64,000 bases of DNA, from positions 1-64,000 of the forward strand of contig KZ538527.1 of the NCBI GenBank assembly GCA_000934665.2, written 5' to 3'. The translations under genes were made by a program, and so were the position numbers. Under the pieces are notes generated by a model that saw nothing but the letters and a program-made list of their open reading frames with translations, searched no databases and was not told the DNA's origin. How positions within the stretch are numbered: the stretch's first letter is position 1; the number at the start of each line of letters is the position of its first letter. This document shows, in pieces, positions 37,234 to 50,369 of the stretch. The stretch is from Catajapyx aquilonaris (taxonomy: Eukaryota).

Positions 37234-37990
37234 TAACATGTAGCATGGATCTAATAATAATATAATGTAGTATAATAATCCACATCTACATAAAGATGCT
37301 AAAAATCTAGCATATTTGTAGCTAAAACGCAAACAGTTTGCGGCATGATTCGTACAGAATTTGTATGAAAATCTTGCTTTCAATAGAGATTATTAATGCA
37401 ATTTTTATTTTTCAGATAATGCTTCAGTTGCAAGTGAAGATGGACGCAGCGAAGGATATGATGATATTTAAATGTAGCAGAGGATTTAATGAGAGTCGAC
37501 GTAAAAAGAGAGTGCTTGTAATGCCGACATGACCTGCTCCAATTATACGCAAAGAGTGAAGTCGTAATACCAATGGAATCTTCAATTATGAAATGGATCA
37601 GTTGAACCCGACTGAAGCACTACAAATATTGACACAAATTAATGATTTAAAATTTTTTATTTACTTTCAATAATTACGTGCAGAATTTAATGTCGATAGT
37701 ACAATCGCTGAAGGCAGGGAAGTTAGTTACGTAATGTAATGAGTGTAAGTGCTGGTATGTAAGGTTTAAAAATAGCCGCAGCAGTCAATTGAAATTCTCA
37801 TGATCGCTTTACAGGTGCGTACCTGCTGAACAATGCAGCTTTATGCCTGCAAATCGACAAGTGTTTCAATCCTTTTCATTGCCACGAATTTGCATCAAGA
37901 GCGGCGGATCTTCTCGCTTCTGATGTTAATTACAGTAAGGTGAATCATTTGAAGCCACTTGTGACAGGTGTTAGTTTCTCAATAATTCTT

Positions 37991-38003
37991 GGCTATAAAA
38001 GCG
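37991..38003 (+). promoter_or_regulatory. TATA box
   Basis: GGCTATAAAAGCG about 100 nt upstream of ATG 38094. Confidence 0.6.
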
Positions 38004-38093
38004 GCTTCGAATTAAGATTTCCTCACACTTTCAGTCGGCTAGAGCTGCACTATTCACGCTTAGTACACAGGTAATAAGAGAATCGCAGTAAGA

Positions 38094-38608
38094 ATGGATC
38101 ATCGCTTCATGTTGGTTGCTGCCGTGGTAATTGCTGTTGCATTCACTGTCAATGTTGATGGCAGCAGCGAGGAAGGAGGGTTCCCTCCAAGCCCAATCAT
38201 CTGTGAGTACTTGCCATTTACTGTGAGGTACATAAATTCATCTTACGTACTTTTCCAGGCACCGACAATCCAACATGTCGTGCTTTACTGAGGCGTGCGC
38301 CTATCACATGTGAGGAGGCCACACCATTGTGCGATAACCACGGGGAATGCCCCGGCATGCCTGACCACGAATGCTGCGTCCAGCCCTGCTCCGGTTGCGG
38401 ATTGGATCCAAATGGGGCGGAAACCGACTCTTGCTTGACCTGCAGGCGCGTGTGCGTCCCAAGTAAGTTCATGAATTGTTCAACCGCAATCGCAAATTAC
38501 ACATCATTCATTTCAGCTACTTCCTGCTCAGATGAGGACGACTGCGTGGAAGGGTCAGGTAGTGGTTCTTCTGGTAATGTTTCGGGTGATCAGGAGGGTG
38601 GTTCTTAG
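38094..38608 (+). CDS. Small secreted cysteine-rich protein, WAP/four-disulfide-core-like, with acidic Ser-Gly tail; exons 38094-38202, 38259-38462, 38517-38608
   Basis: Signal peptide MDHRFMLVAAVVIAVAFTVNVDG; core CEEATPLCDNHGECPGMPDHECCVQPCSGC...CLTCRRVCVP; tail DEDDCVEGSGSGSSG; both introns are phase 1 and consistent; TATA upstream, AATAAA at ~38819. Confidence 0.75.
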
Positions 38609-40053
38609 ATGCTACGTCTCCATCGGGTGCAATTACATGAAGCGTAAAGTCGTCGCACTTTCCTAGTTGTATGCGAATGCTTCATTTTTTTCCATATTTT
38701 TTTCTGTAGCATGTTCTTGCTGCATGTTTTCTGCCATTACGTTTGTTCTGGATATGGTGAAGGGCCACTCATTAAAATATAAAAATGTATAACCCACTTT
38801 AAATGTATTCAGAGCATCAATAAAATCAATTGAAATCTAACTAACAAAGGTTTCCCAATTTTTCTTTCCTTCTCTGCCCCTTTTTCCAGGTGTGGCATGT
38901 CTGTTGCATGGAATGCGAGCAGTTTAGTAACAATAATTAACATTACAGTGGCCCACAATTGGACTGTAATTACCAGTAATTATTTTTTTTTTTACTCATA
39001 ATCAGCTGTGAATTTTTCAAATATTCGCGGGCGGCGGCCATCTTGGATTGTGACGTAACCCAATGTTGCCAGCAGGTTCGATATTTTTTGTCAACAGCTT
39101 AATATTAATTGCGATTAAATTTTGATTGATTATCTCTCCATTTTAATATTTCGACTTTATTATACACTTAATTTCTTTAAAGTAATTGAAGCTGATTATC
39201 TCGTGTGACGTCACTGGAAGCGCGCTTTTCAAAAATAAAATAAAATAAATAAAATAAAATGTCAGCCAACAATTAATAAATTCTATTTTGACAACAAAAC
39301 TAATCAACATAATTTTTTCCCCCCCTCCATAGAAGAAATTAGCGTCGAAATTATCTGTACCCGAAATTCACAAGTTTAATTAGAGAGAGCGAAAGGTACG
39401 TCTCTTCGCAGCTACATCAAAGAGTAATTACTTCAATTATTGCAATGAATTGCTTCCATTGCATTGGATAGAAATTAAATTAGTGCAACTAATGTGAGAT
39501 AATTAAAAAAAAGTGATGCATTTTAATGGTCGATATTTGCATTTATAATTATTGCTAATGAATTAACCCATTAATACATTGCTTAATTAATCGTTGAATG
39601 AGTTGCTTAATGAACTTTTTAATGACTTATTTAATGTATTGTTTAACGAACAGTTTAATTGCTTAATGAAGTGTTTGATGACTTCATTAATTAATTGCTT
39701 AATGAAGTGATTGATGACTTAATTAATTGCTTAATGACTTGCTCAGTTTTTTTAAAATGTATTATTGTTTAATTAATTGTTTAATGTCTTGCTTAATTAA
39801 TGAAGTGCTTGAAAATTGCGAACATGACACAATAAATTTACATGGGCGAGTTAATTAATGGACACTAATTGACACCATGTGAATTGATTAATTAATGTGG
39901 TGTAAATTTTTTTAATGCGGATTTGCTCACATTCAGACAGAAACTTATTCAAATTAATTAATCAATTGGAAGCCAAAAATGTGTTAATTTGTATGTATAA
40001 AAAATGGCAATAAGTATTTTTTTTGCGGGGTCGTTTCCAGCCTGTAGGGAACG

Positions 40054-43000
40054 ATGTCGACAGTGGACACAGAGACAGGCTCCAGCAAGTCCGGTTCTGT
40101 GGAAAAGCCGAAGGAGTCTGCCAAATCGACGCTGAAGCCGGAGGATGCGGGATCCTCATCCTCATCAAAACTGGAGTCCAGGAGCAGCAAGAAGTCGTCC
40201 GGACTAGGTCCCAGCAAGTGCGAACTGGGCAGCCTCCAGTCGGAGAAGCCGTCTACTCAAAGCCGTTCATCCGGAAGTGAGCTTACATAGTCACATTCAT
40301 CAAGTGCGTATGCTATACGTTGTAGTCTCTCTCCGCAGAGTCTGATAAGACGTCCGGCTCAGGCTATGGACTCAGCGGCACCTCGGAGGAGTCCGAGAGC
40401 GAGACGGAATCATCTTCGTCCGAAGAGAGCAGCTCGGAGGAGGAGGAAGACGACATGATGGCTGAAGGGGAGGAGGCCAGCACCAGCACGCAGCACATGT
40501 CCCCAATCTCAAGCTCCATTCAGGTCAAGATGAACGTGACGGAGCAGCTGAACCAGATGGGTGCGCAGATGGACGAGGAGCGACTGATTCACCTTCAGGC
40601 GATATTCCAGGAAGCGGACAAGGACAAAGGAGGAGGGCTGGACATGGACGAGTTCAGGTGGGCCATGCGGCAGACCATGGGGACGGACGTGTCCGACGAA
40701 ATACTGGACGTCATCTTCATGAAGGTACACATTTCGTGTGTACCGCCAGTGTGTACATACATACATGTCGTACTTCATATGACAGGTCGATACGAACTGC
40801 GACGGGACTGTCGATTGGGACGAGTACTTGCACTTCATGCTGCTGGAGATTAAGGAGAAGGAGCACATGGGCGGGATTAAGGACCAGCGGCCTTTCCCTA
40901 ACGAGGTCATCTCCTTCCGATCCCACCACCGCGACGCCATCAACGCCATTGTGTTCTACCCGTCCATGCACCAGGGAGACGACATCAACTACAACATCGG
41001 ACGGTACATCACGATGAGCAAGGACGGAACCGTCAACTTCTGGAGCATGGAAATGGAGCTGTCCAGGACTGTCCGACTTGAGACAGGTGTGCTCGCGTAG
41101 ATTGTAACAAGCCGTCTGATTAAATGTTTAAGACTTGTCTGTTCACTCGGATTATAACGAGCCGTCTAATTAAATGTTTAAGACAGTTCTGCTCGTTTAG
41201 ACTATACTGCACTGGAACTAATCAAATAATTAATTGCAGATAAATTAATTCATTTAATTTATACTGCACTGGAACTAATTTGAATAATTAATTGCAGATA
41301 AGGCACACATTTTGGCTTATGCTTGTTATATGAATTGTTTAATAATAATTAATGGCTCATTAATGTATTGCTTAAAAATTGCTTACTGAATAGTTTAATC
41401 AATGAATAGTTTAATTGATGAATTTCTTAATGAATAGTTTAATTGATGAATTTCTTAATGAATAGTTTAATTGATGAATTGCTTAATAAATGGGTAGTTT
41501 AATTAATTGCTTAATAAATAGGTGGTTTAATCAATGAATAGTTAAATTATTAATGAATTTCTTAATGAATAGCTTAATTAATTAATTGCTTAATAAATAG
41601 GTAGTTTAATTAATTAATTGCTCAATAAATAGGTAGTTTAATTAATTAATTGCTTAATAAATAGGTAGTTTAATCAATGAATAGTTAAATTATTAATGAA
41701 TTTCTTAATGAATAGCTTAATTAATTAATTGCTTAATAAATAGGTAGTTTAATTAATTAATTGCTTAATAAATAGGTAGTTTAATTAATTAATTGCTTAA
41801 TAAATAGGTAGTTTAATTAATTAATTGCTCAATAAATAGGTAGTTTAATTAATTAATTGCTTAATAAATAGGTAGTTTAATCAATGAATAGTTAAATTAT
41901 TAATGAATTTCTGAATGAATAGCTTAATTAATTAATTGCTTAATAAATAGGTAGTTTAATTAATTAATTGCTCAATAAATAGGTAGTTTAATTAATTAAT
42001 TGCTTAATAAATAGGTGGTTTAATCAATGAATAGTTAAATTATTAATGAATTTCTTAATGAATAGCTTAATTAATTAATTGCTTAATAAATAGGTAGTTT
42101 AATTAATTAATTGCTCAATAAATAGGTAGTTTAATTAATTAATTGCTTAATAAATAGGTAGTTTAATTAATTAATTGCTTAATAAATAGGTAGTTTAATT
42201 AATTAATTGCTCAATAAATAGGTAGTTTAATTAATTAATTGCTTAATAAATAGGTAGTTTAATCAATGAATAGTTAAATTATTAATGAATTTCTGAATGA
42301 ATTGTGTTATGACTTGCTCAATTAATGTATCCTGTAATTAATTATTTAATGCATAGCTTGATAGATGAATTGCTGGAACCAATAATCAAATAATAATTAA
42401 TTGCAGATAAGGTTCAGGCGCTGTGGGTGACGGACATGGTTTGCCTTGCGGACCAGAACATGTTCGCTTTCAGCACGACCGAACGTGACGTTCGCTTCTA
42501 CGACACGACGGCCAACAAGTTCGACCAGCTGGTTCTCTTAACGGGGACGGAGCACATGGTCGTGAGCATGTACTACTGGTTCGAGTTCAGTACGGAATAC
42601 TCCCTGCTGTTCCTCGGGGACACCGGAGGCACTGTCACCATGCTGCGGTTCGTACGGGGCGTACCCAAAGGACAGTTCTCGGCCCACACTGAGTCCGGAG
42701 CCAGAGGAAAGCTCATTCCGTTCAGGCCCGTTCATCTTAACCACCTCATACAAGTAAGCATGCTGCCGGATTAATCAATGATTGAAATCCTAAGCGATTG
42801 TGACGACGGATTTCAGAACAAGGTTCCGGGCGTATCGGCCGTGAAGTACGCCTTCATCCACACCGATTGGGTGCGGCAGATAATGTACTGGCCGCAGCTG
42901 ACCGCGTTCGTGTCCTGCTGTTGCTCATCGCAGGAGTCGATGTGGGTGTACGACATATACGGGCACAAGAAGAACCACTGCTTCAAGGTGAACCGCGGAC

Positions 43001-46000
43001 TGCTCTGTCTGGACTACAGCCAACGTGAGTAACATGCGCTTCCTGCCCGTACGTGACGTAACCGCAGTCAATTGCAGCGTTGAACGTGATTGCGACGGGT
43101 GGAATGGACTGCATCGTGCGGGTGTGGAATCCGCACATAACCGGCAAGGCCCTGGCCGTCCTGTTCGGCCACCCGTCGGCCATCATAATCGTGTCGATCC
43201 AGTCCGACTTGCGGCGGATCATCTCGATATCCAAGGACCACACGATTAAGGTTTGGGACATGACGGACCACAACTGCCTCCAGACCATATCGCACCAGAA
43301 CGTGGAGATGGGACCCTCGCCCATTACGTCCCACTTCTACAACCCGGCCACGCACGAGATGCTGCTCGGATCCATCCGTCTGGCGGTCCTGAAGAAGCCG
43401 ATGTCCGAGGAGGACGAGCAGGCCATGATGAACCAGACGCACGGGAAGCCGGTGACGTGCCTGCTGTACAATCCGCTCTTCGAATACGTACGTACTTAAA
43501 ACGCAGCGCACACTCCGGATAATGAGCCAGGTTAATCCGGCAGATCGTGACCAGCTGCCAGGACTCGGTTATTGGCGTGTGGGATCCGACAATGGGCAAC
43601 CGGATCATACAGTTCGGCCCGGTGCACTACAAGGAGCGGCTGGGCGGCCAGGCGATGCGGATTGAAGTCACGGCCATGTGCTTCGACCACACCAAGCGCA
43701 GGCTGATGACGGCCGGACGGGACGGGAAGGTCAACATTTGGAACTTCAACAACGGGGCTCTCCTGCACACCGCTTGGACACAAGGATGCCAGTGAGTACG
43801 TCACGCTTGGAGGGGCTAACCAGATTCTGACGCGACACTTGCAGCGAGATCACCGGGATGGTTTACTCCAAGAAGCGGATTGCGGTCAGCGGGTGGAACC
43901 GCAGGGTCACGGTGTTCAACGACAGCACGGACGACACCCACGGGAAGATGTGGGACTCTAAGCACAAGGAGGACATCTTCACCATGGACCTGTACCCGCC
44001 GAATTACATCGGGACAGGCTCGTACGACGGGGAGATCATAGTGTGGCGGCTTGAGACGGCCCACGTGTACAAGCGGTTCCACGTCCGGAGACTGGCCAGG
44101 TATGCAGCTCCGTACTGAAGCCGAATTCGTTGCTCACACGCTGCGTTAACAGGTCGAAGTCGAAGGTCGACAACGCGCATTCCAGCCACTCGTCGAGGGA
44201 GAACGACGAGGAGTCCAGAAGGAGCGACGGAGCTGAATCCATCATTTCCAAGGTTGTCAATCGGAAGTCGTACACTGGCAAGGCTTCGTCGGTTAGGGTT
44301 GGATCGGATGCTCATGTGAATGTCCCGGAAGGACCAGATGAGGCGGAGGCAGAGCAGGCGGCTATGAAGCATCCGCCGTTGTCTTCAGCGAACCGGAAGG
44401 ATCCGCAATATGTAAGAGCAGGTTGCTTATTGTACTCCGCCGGTTTCATATCCGTGTGCATTTGACAGATCATACGCCTGGCTGAAGGAAAGGAGCCGGA
44501 GTACCCGAAGTGCGACGCGGAAACCGACAGCACGAAGCAGTCGCTCATTAAGGTGCAGGCGTCCAACGTGCTTCTGGATTCGGGCAGCTCCACAGGCATG
44601 TCGCAGCTTGAGTCTTCGACGGTGAGCAGCTTAACATGGCGTCGCTTTCTTAGCGATTACTGTTGCCAATAATTCTAGACTGCGGACACGCTGTACGACA
44701 GCTCGAGCGCGTTGGCAAACAAGACGGCTTCAGAGGCTGAGATGCCTGCGTTGGACGGCCCACCGTCGCCCAGCCCTTCGACTCTATCGGGCTTAAGCAT
44801 GAGCAGCATGAAGCAAGAGAAGGTGATGGATAAGGCCAGCCGCAAGTGGGGGATGCTGTTCAACGTGATGCGGAAATGGAGGCGGAAGGATTCGCTGACT
44901 AAGATCGTCGACAGCCTGGAGAAGGCCAAAGCGAAAGGGAAGAACCTGGCGCTGCACAAGATATTCTTCCTGCGCAACCGTGCGCTGACCCAGTTCACGG
45001 CCCAGCTGGTCAGCACCACCTCGAACGGCTACGTCCAGACCTGGTCCATACACCAGAAGGGCGGGTTCCTCCACGAGTTTCTGGGGGTGCACCAGGCGGA
45101 CGACTACATCGTGTCGCTGTCGACGGACGAGGACCACGAGTTCCTGTTCACCGGGGACACCTCGGGTTACATCAAGACCTGGCTGATCAGAGGCTACTGC
45201 GTCGAAGGGGAGACGCCGATGACGGACATGGAGGAGGTGAACAAGCTGTACGCGCAGACCTTTCACTTCCTGCAGACGGACCGGAGCAAAGGCGGGAAGG
45301 CGCAGCGGTTCGGGAATGCCAACCCGATGCCACGGCTGATCAACAGCTTTCGAGGTCACCTGAAGGGAATATCGTGCATGGAATACGTGCAGAGCAAGCG
45401 CCTGCTCATAACCGGGAGCAGCGATTGCACCGTACGGCTGTGGTCGTTGGAGGGCAAGTTTATCGGGATATTAGGCCACTCGTGGCCGCCCGTTAAGTTT
45501 CCACTAAATGGAGAAAAGATGCCGAAGAACATCCCGCCTGACCTGAGACGACACGCGTCCGCAACCACCCTCAAGGTAATAATCCGGTGTGTTATTCCAG
45601 GTCGTACTCGTACTCATATCCTCTCTGTTTGCAGGTGTTGTGCGGCGGTGTCCAAGCCAATTGGGCGGCGGTGAAGGAAAAGCTGCTGCCGGCCATGCGA
45701 GTGGAGGCGGAGAAGCAGCGGCTGGCCGCAAAGATCATTAGGGTAAGACCTTCCGTTTCATGCGTATCGAGTCATGCTTGAACCGTTGTTCGCAGGGAGA
45801 GGACACCAAGTGCACGCTGCTGGAGTTCCACACCATCGACCACCTTCCGCCGCAGCTCAGGAGGACCATCCTGGGGTCCAAGTTCAAGCCGCCTTACAGG
45901 ACCGGGAACCTGCCGCCTCTGCCGCATGCGGAGTGCCAGGGAGGGAAGGTACGCCCCTGCCGCCTGATGTCCAGGATTGTTAGTCATTTAATTTTTTTCT

Positions 46001-46322
46001 GACAATGACACTTTTCTTCTCATTGCAACGTACGTAAGGTGGCCATATACAAGCTGCTGGCCTGCAAGGATCTCCAGAGGATCCCTGCCCATCAGCCTCC
46101 AGCCGTGGTCAAGAGGAACATGCAGGCCAAGCTCATGCTCGAGAGGCAAAAGTAGGTTTTTTGGCGTTTGCCTTCTGGTTTCGTTGTGTTTTTATTAAAA
46201 TTATGAATATTGTTTGTGTCCGCAGCAAGCAACAGCAATTGAGGGAGGCCTTGCTTGTGAAGCAGCAGAAGGAGGAGCAGCTCAGGAAGAGACGGGAAGC
46301 CATGAAGGAGAGGAAGAGGTAG
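40054..46322 (+). CDS. EF-hand + WD40 repeat protein of the WDR49/EFCAB8/WDY (cilia/sperm) family, multi-exon
   Basis: Ser/Glu-rich N-terminus, EF-hands (FQEADKDKGGGLDMDEF; FMKVDTNCDGTVDWDEY), many WD repeats (SKDGTVNFW, GGMDCIVRVWNP, SKDHTIKVWD, AGRDGKVNIWNFNNG, GSYDGEIIVW, GSSDCTVRLW) and the IPPDLRRHASATTLKV motif; stop at 46320-46322, AATAAA ~46364. Confidence 0.82.
41380..42300. repeat. Tandem array (TTAATTAATTGCTTAATAAATAGGTAGT units) in a WD40-gene intron
   Basis: Direct reading. Confidence 0.9.
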
Positions 46323-46812
46323 AGGCTGCGGAAAATATGTCAAGTGAAGATGTGCGCGGGGAGAATAAAATTTATTCTTGTGTAATAATTAGCGCATGAT
46401 ATTTTAATGTATTTTGCTGGTGTTGCCGTGCAGCGTGCGCTTCGTTTGAAGGGCATGTGTAATTTTTTTTTTTTTGCATTAACTCTGTTGTCTCATGGAC
46501 AAACAAGCAAGCAAGCAAACAAACAAACTTTCTATTTTATATATTCTTCTTATGTATTCTTAAATACATTTTTTTCCTTATATTGCATGTGTGTAAGGAT
46601 ATGCACGACTCCTTCTTAAGATGCCTCAGGCCTTATCATGTGTAAAAAGTAATTAATTAATTAATAGATATAAGCGAAAGCAAACAAACCGACCAATTTT
46701 CCATTTTATATACCGGTGTATTGCCCTTATGTGATCTTATGTATAAATATTCCTTATATTGCATATGTGAGATACATGACTACCTCTTATGATTCCTCAG
46801 GCCTTATCATAC

Positions 46813-47276
46813 GTTAAAGCAATTAATTGATAATAATTAATAAATTGACAAGCAAACAAACATAGAAACATTATGACAATGCCTTTTCATGTTTCTCACA
46901 ACGTAATTATTATTTCACAGCTTGTTTTTAAATATCTCTTGTCCTGTGTCTGTTACTTAACGCCCGAGTTATGGTGTTGTTAATTAGCAGTAATTAGTAG
47001 TAATTAATTGGCTTCAAAGGGATTTTGAGATACGGTAGTTGGTTACAGTATGTGCTCGCTTAACGGAAGGAACGGTCTGGTCCGTTTCCTTAGATAACAG
47101 GGGGGGAGTATCAAAGATGGCGGACAATTTCAGAGCAAGTCGTGACAGTTCCGTCATGTTATACACAATCGTTGTGCGGAGAATCAAAGATGGCGGCTTA
47201 GAAGGTCGTTTCGCACGTTTTTTTGCCAATTTTTGAGCGAATTTTGTGCCGTACTGATTAGATATGGACAAGCCGA
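46813..47276 (+). repeat. Segmental duplicate of the MRPS16 upstream region and first codons (partner 49010-49781)
   Basis: Long shared blocks, e.g. GAGATACGGTAGTTGGTTACAGTAT.TGCTCGCTTAACGGAAGGAACGGTCTGGTCCGTTTCCTT, ending GATATGGACAAGCCGA. Confidence 0.92.
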
Positions 47277-48900
47277 CCATCAAGAAGGAATCGGAGGACG
47301 AGGAGATGACGACGGAGGAGACTTGGCTCCTCCGGATCAAGGAGGAGACGCCTTCCTGCCTGGAGGAGGACCCTGGCTTCTTTGAACGATACGCTTCAGG
47401 GGCTGGAGGTGTTGAAGGGAAGGAAGATGACGGCAGGGTGGTAAGCATGTCGATTATTTTTCTTTGTTGATCAGTAAGGTGTATGAGAGAGCATCATGTG
47501 GGATCAGATCATAAACCACGATATCAGAGCAGACTGCTCATTTCAATCCTTAACTATGACGATTAACTTATCCATATGCATTTAACTTCAGCCGTCAGAA
47601 GGGCATGACCGGGAGGAAGCGGGTGCGGATGAAAAGACAGCTGCGGACAGTGGTTTGATCTTGACCATCAATGTCAAACCAGAGCCCGGCGCAGTGCAAG
47701 GTTCTTCCACAACGGAAATTCTGAGGAGTTTCCGGATGGAAAAGAAGAAACATTGCGATAGGAATCTCAAGGAGAATCTGGAGAAAGGAAAGGTGGGTCA
47801 CGTAGTATTGAAAGCTGAATTGTATTGTTACAAATGTTATGATGTTTTTTGTTTTGTTTTTTGTAGGCAAGCGCATATCAAGAGAGCACGAAGGTGCAGA
47901 CGTCTTCACCTTGCCCTGTCTGTGGAATGGTTTTTGATGATGAAAGGAAGGCTAGAGCCCACAGACGTGCCCACAGTACTTTCCCGTGTGATGTTTGTGG
48001 CAAGGTATACAAGAATTTGGGATCTCTGATCAGCCACAAGGAATCCTACCTGGGAGAGAAGCCCCACAAGTGCACCAGATACGACAAGTCCTTCTCAGAG
48101 CTCAAGCTGCAGCTTCACGTTTCCTGCCATGACCGCGGTGGTAAACTCATGTGTCATGTTTGCAACAAGTCCTTCAGCAAAAGAAAAGCATTACTGCGTC
48201 ATGTAAAAGTGCACCAGCGAATTCATGTTTGCAGAGTGAGTTAAAGAGGCATGCAAGTGCACATGTGGAGGAGAAATCCTTCACTTGCGATGTTTGTAGC
48301 AGTAGATTTATGTCTATGGAGAACTTGAAACTTCACAAGAAAGTGATGCATGTTGAGCAATTATTAACCCAAATAAGACGGGCATATCATATGCTGATAC
48401 GGTAGCTTTAAAAAATTCAGCTGGCGAAACTATAGCGTTTTCCCACTATGTAACGTGGTTTCTGTGTGGCTTTTTTAAAATTTCTCTCGCGTAAAAAATT
48501 CGCGAGTTTTGGACTACAAAATCTTGCATAAATAAACCGGATTAACCGGATTAACTTGAATGAAATAATTTTTTGCGGCAGCTGAAAAAAAAAAAAAAAA
48601 CTAATCCGACCTTGACCGGCAAATTTTTGGCATACATAGTTGCCCCCAAACCTCCTCAAGAGATACCACCCAAGAATTAGTGCAAAATTTGATTCAATAG
48701 TTTTAAAATGAATAAGGTAGATTCTTGCTAAAACGCGAAAAAAGGCCAGTCTTATTAACAGGGTTACTTGAAGAGCCATCCGGAGACAGGCTCAGTGAGC
48801 CTGTCTCCGGATGGCTCTTCAAGTGACGCCTGGCTCAGAGAGAAGGTTCAAGTGCGCTGTGTGTGGAAAGGGATTCACTGCGTCAGCCCTTATGAAGGAA
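47264..48900 (+). pseudogene. Decaying C2H2 zinc-finger gene; exons ~47264-47440, 47592-47792, 47867-~48900
   Basis: Acidic IKKE-type N-terminus, then fingers with lost ligands (HKESY; KCTRYDK), a truncated finger with frameshift near 48235, and a ~480-bp insertion (48353-48832) after which the frame resumes as GSERRFKCAVCGKGF. Confidence 0.7.
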
Positions 48901-49093
48901 ATGTTATGAAAGACGAAGTTGGTTTTTTTAAATTTATGTGCAATCCTGTATTGTAAATTTCCTCAACTCTTTTTTTACCAATTTTTAAAACCTCACTTAC
49001 AGCTGGTGGGTTAAAGCAATTAATTGATAATTAATTTATTAACAAGGAAACAAACACAGAAACATATGACAATGCCTTTCATGTTTCTCACAA

Positions 49094-49400
49094 TAATAAT
49101 AATAATAATAATGATAATAATAATACCTTACCCCGTTATCAGCCTTTTTCGGCTCTTTAGGGGGGATTTTTGTTTTCTCTGGAACTCTTGCGTACATTTT
49201 TACTTTGCTTTTTGGGATATGATAGGGAAGGAAGGAGGCGGCTGTGGCCTATTAATATAGGAAACAACTCCGGAATTCTCCTGGAGGGACTGTGGGAAAC
49301 CACAGAAAACCACGGTTAGAGTTGCCGGCCCCGGGGCTCGAACCCAGGACCTCCCGATTAGCAGTCGGACCCTATAGCCACTCCACCAAACTGCTTCGGT
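49094..49400 (-). mobile_element. tRNA-derived SINE family A, copy 3
   Basis: Reverse-oriented copy with (TTA)n tail; TSD tctcacaa (49086-49093, 49400-49407). Confidence 0.85.
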
Positions 49401-49768
49401 CTCACAACATAATAATTATTACACAGCTTGTATTTAAATATCTCTTGGCCTGTGTCTGTTACTTAACGCCCGAGTTGTTGTTAATTAGCAGTAATTAGTA
49501 GCAATTAAATTGGCAATAATTCCAAGTGATTTCGAGATACGGTAGTTGGTTACAGTATCTGCTCGCTTAACGGAAGGAACGGTCTGGTCCGTTTCCTTGG
49601 ATAACAGGGGGAGTATCAAAGATGGCGGATAATTTCAGATCAACCTGGGAAAGTTCCGTCATGTTTATACACAATCGTTGTGCGGAGAATCAAAGATGGC
49701 GGCTTAAGTTTCGCACGTTTCGGTTTGTTGCAAATTTTTTTGAGCTAATTTTGGTGCCGTCAAAAGAT

Positions 49769-50369
49769 ATGGACAAGCCGATCCGACTGGCCGTGAGATT
49801 CGCATACCACGGATGCACCAACAGGCCCTTCTTCCACATCGTGCTGGCAAACGTGAGTGCATGGCCCCGTTGGATGCGAAACATTATATTTCCTCCCCCG
49901 CAATGTTTGGGCCTAATGACTTCCTGTCTCTTGAGAGCAGACCAAGTCCCCCCGTGACGATCCCCCGATGGAGCACCTGGGCAGCTACGACCCTTTGCCC
50001 AACCAGGACAACCAGAAACTGGTGGCTCTCAACATGGACAGGATCAAGTACTGGATCGGACAAGGAGCGGAAACGAGCCAACCTGTAGCCGAACTGTTAG
50101 GTAAGCATGGCCACGTACCTGCTTCAGCTGAGCACCAATCAATAAGCCCAGCTTGATAATCTCTTTTAATTTTTAATTATTTTTTTAAACATTGCTAGTT
50201 AACTCCTACGTACAAGTTATTACAAGCGATACATATTTAATTTCCAGGGCTTGCAGGCCTGCTTCCGATTCACCCCAACACATTCAAGACAGCCTGGCGT
50301 AACCGTTGGGCAGCCGAGAAGGAAAAGCAGCCTGAAAAGCAGGACGAGGCGTCCGCAAGCCCAACTTAA
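49769..50369 (+). CDS. MRPS16: Mitochondrial ribosomal protein bS16m; exons 49769-49852, 49941-50100, 50248-50369
   Basis: RFAYHGCTNRPFFHIV, EHLGSYDPLPN..NQKLVALNMDRIKYWIGQGA, ELLGLAGLLPIHP..AWRNR. Confidence 0.95.

Noticed and set aside
39000..39400. RFX X-box upstream of the cilia-type WD40 gene
   Set aside because: Only a GTTGCC half-site is visible; no full palindrome.
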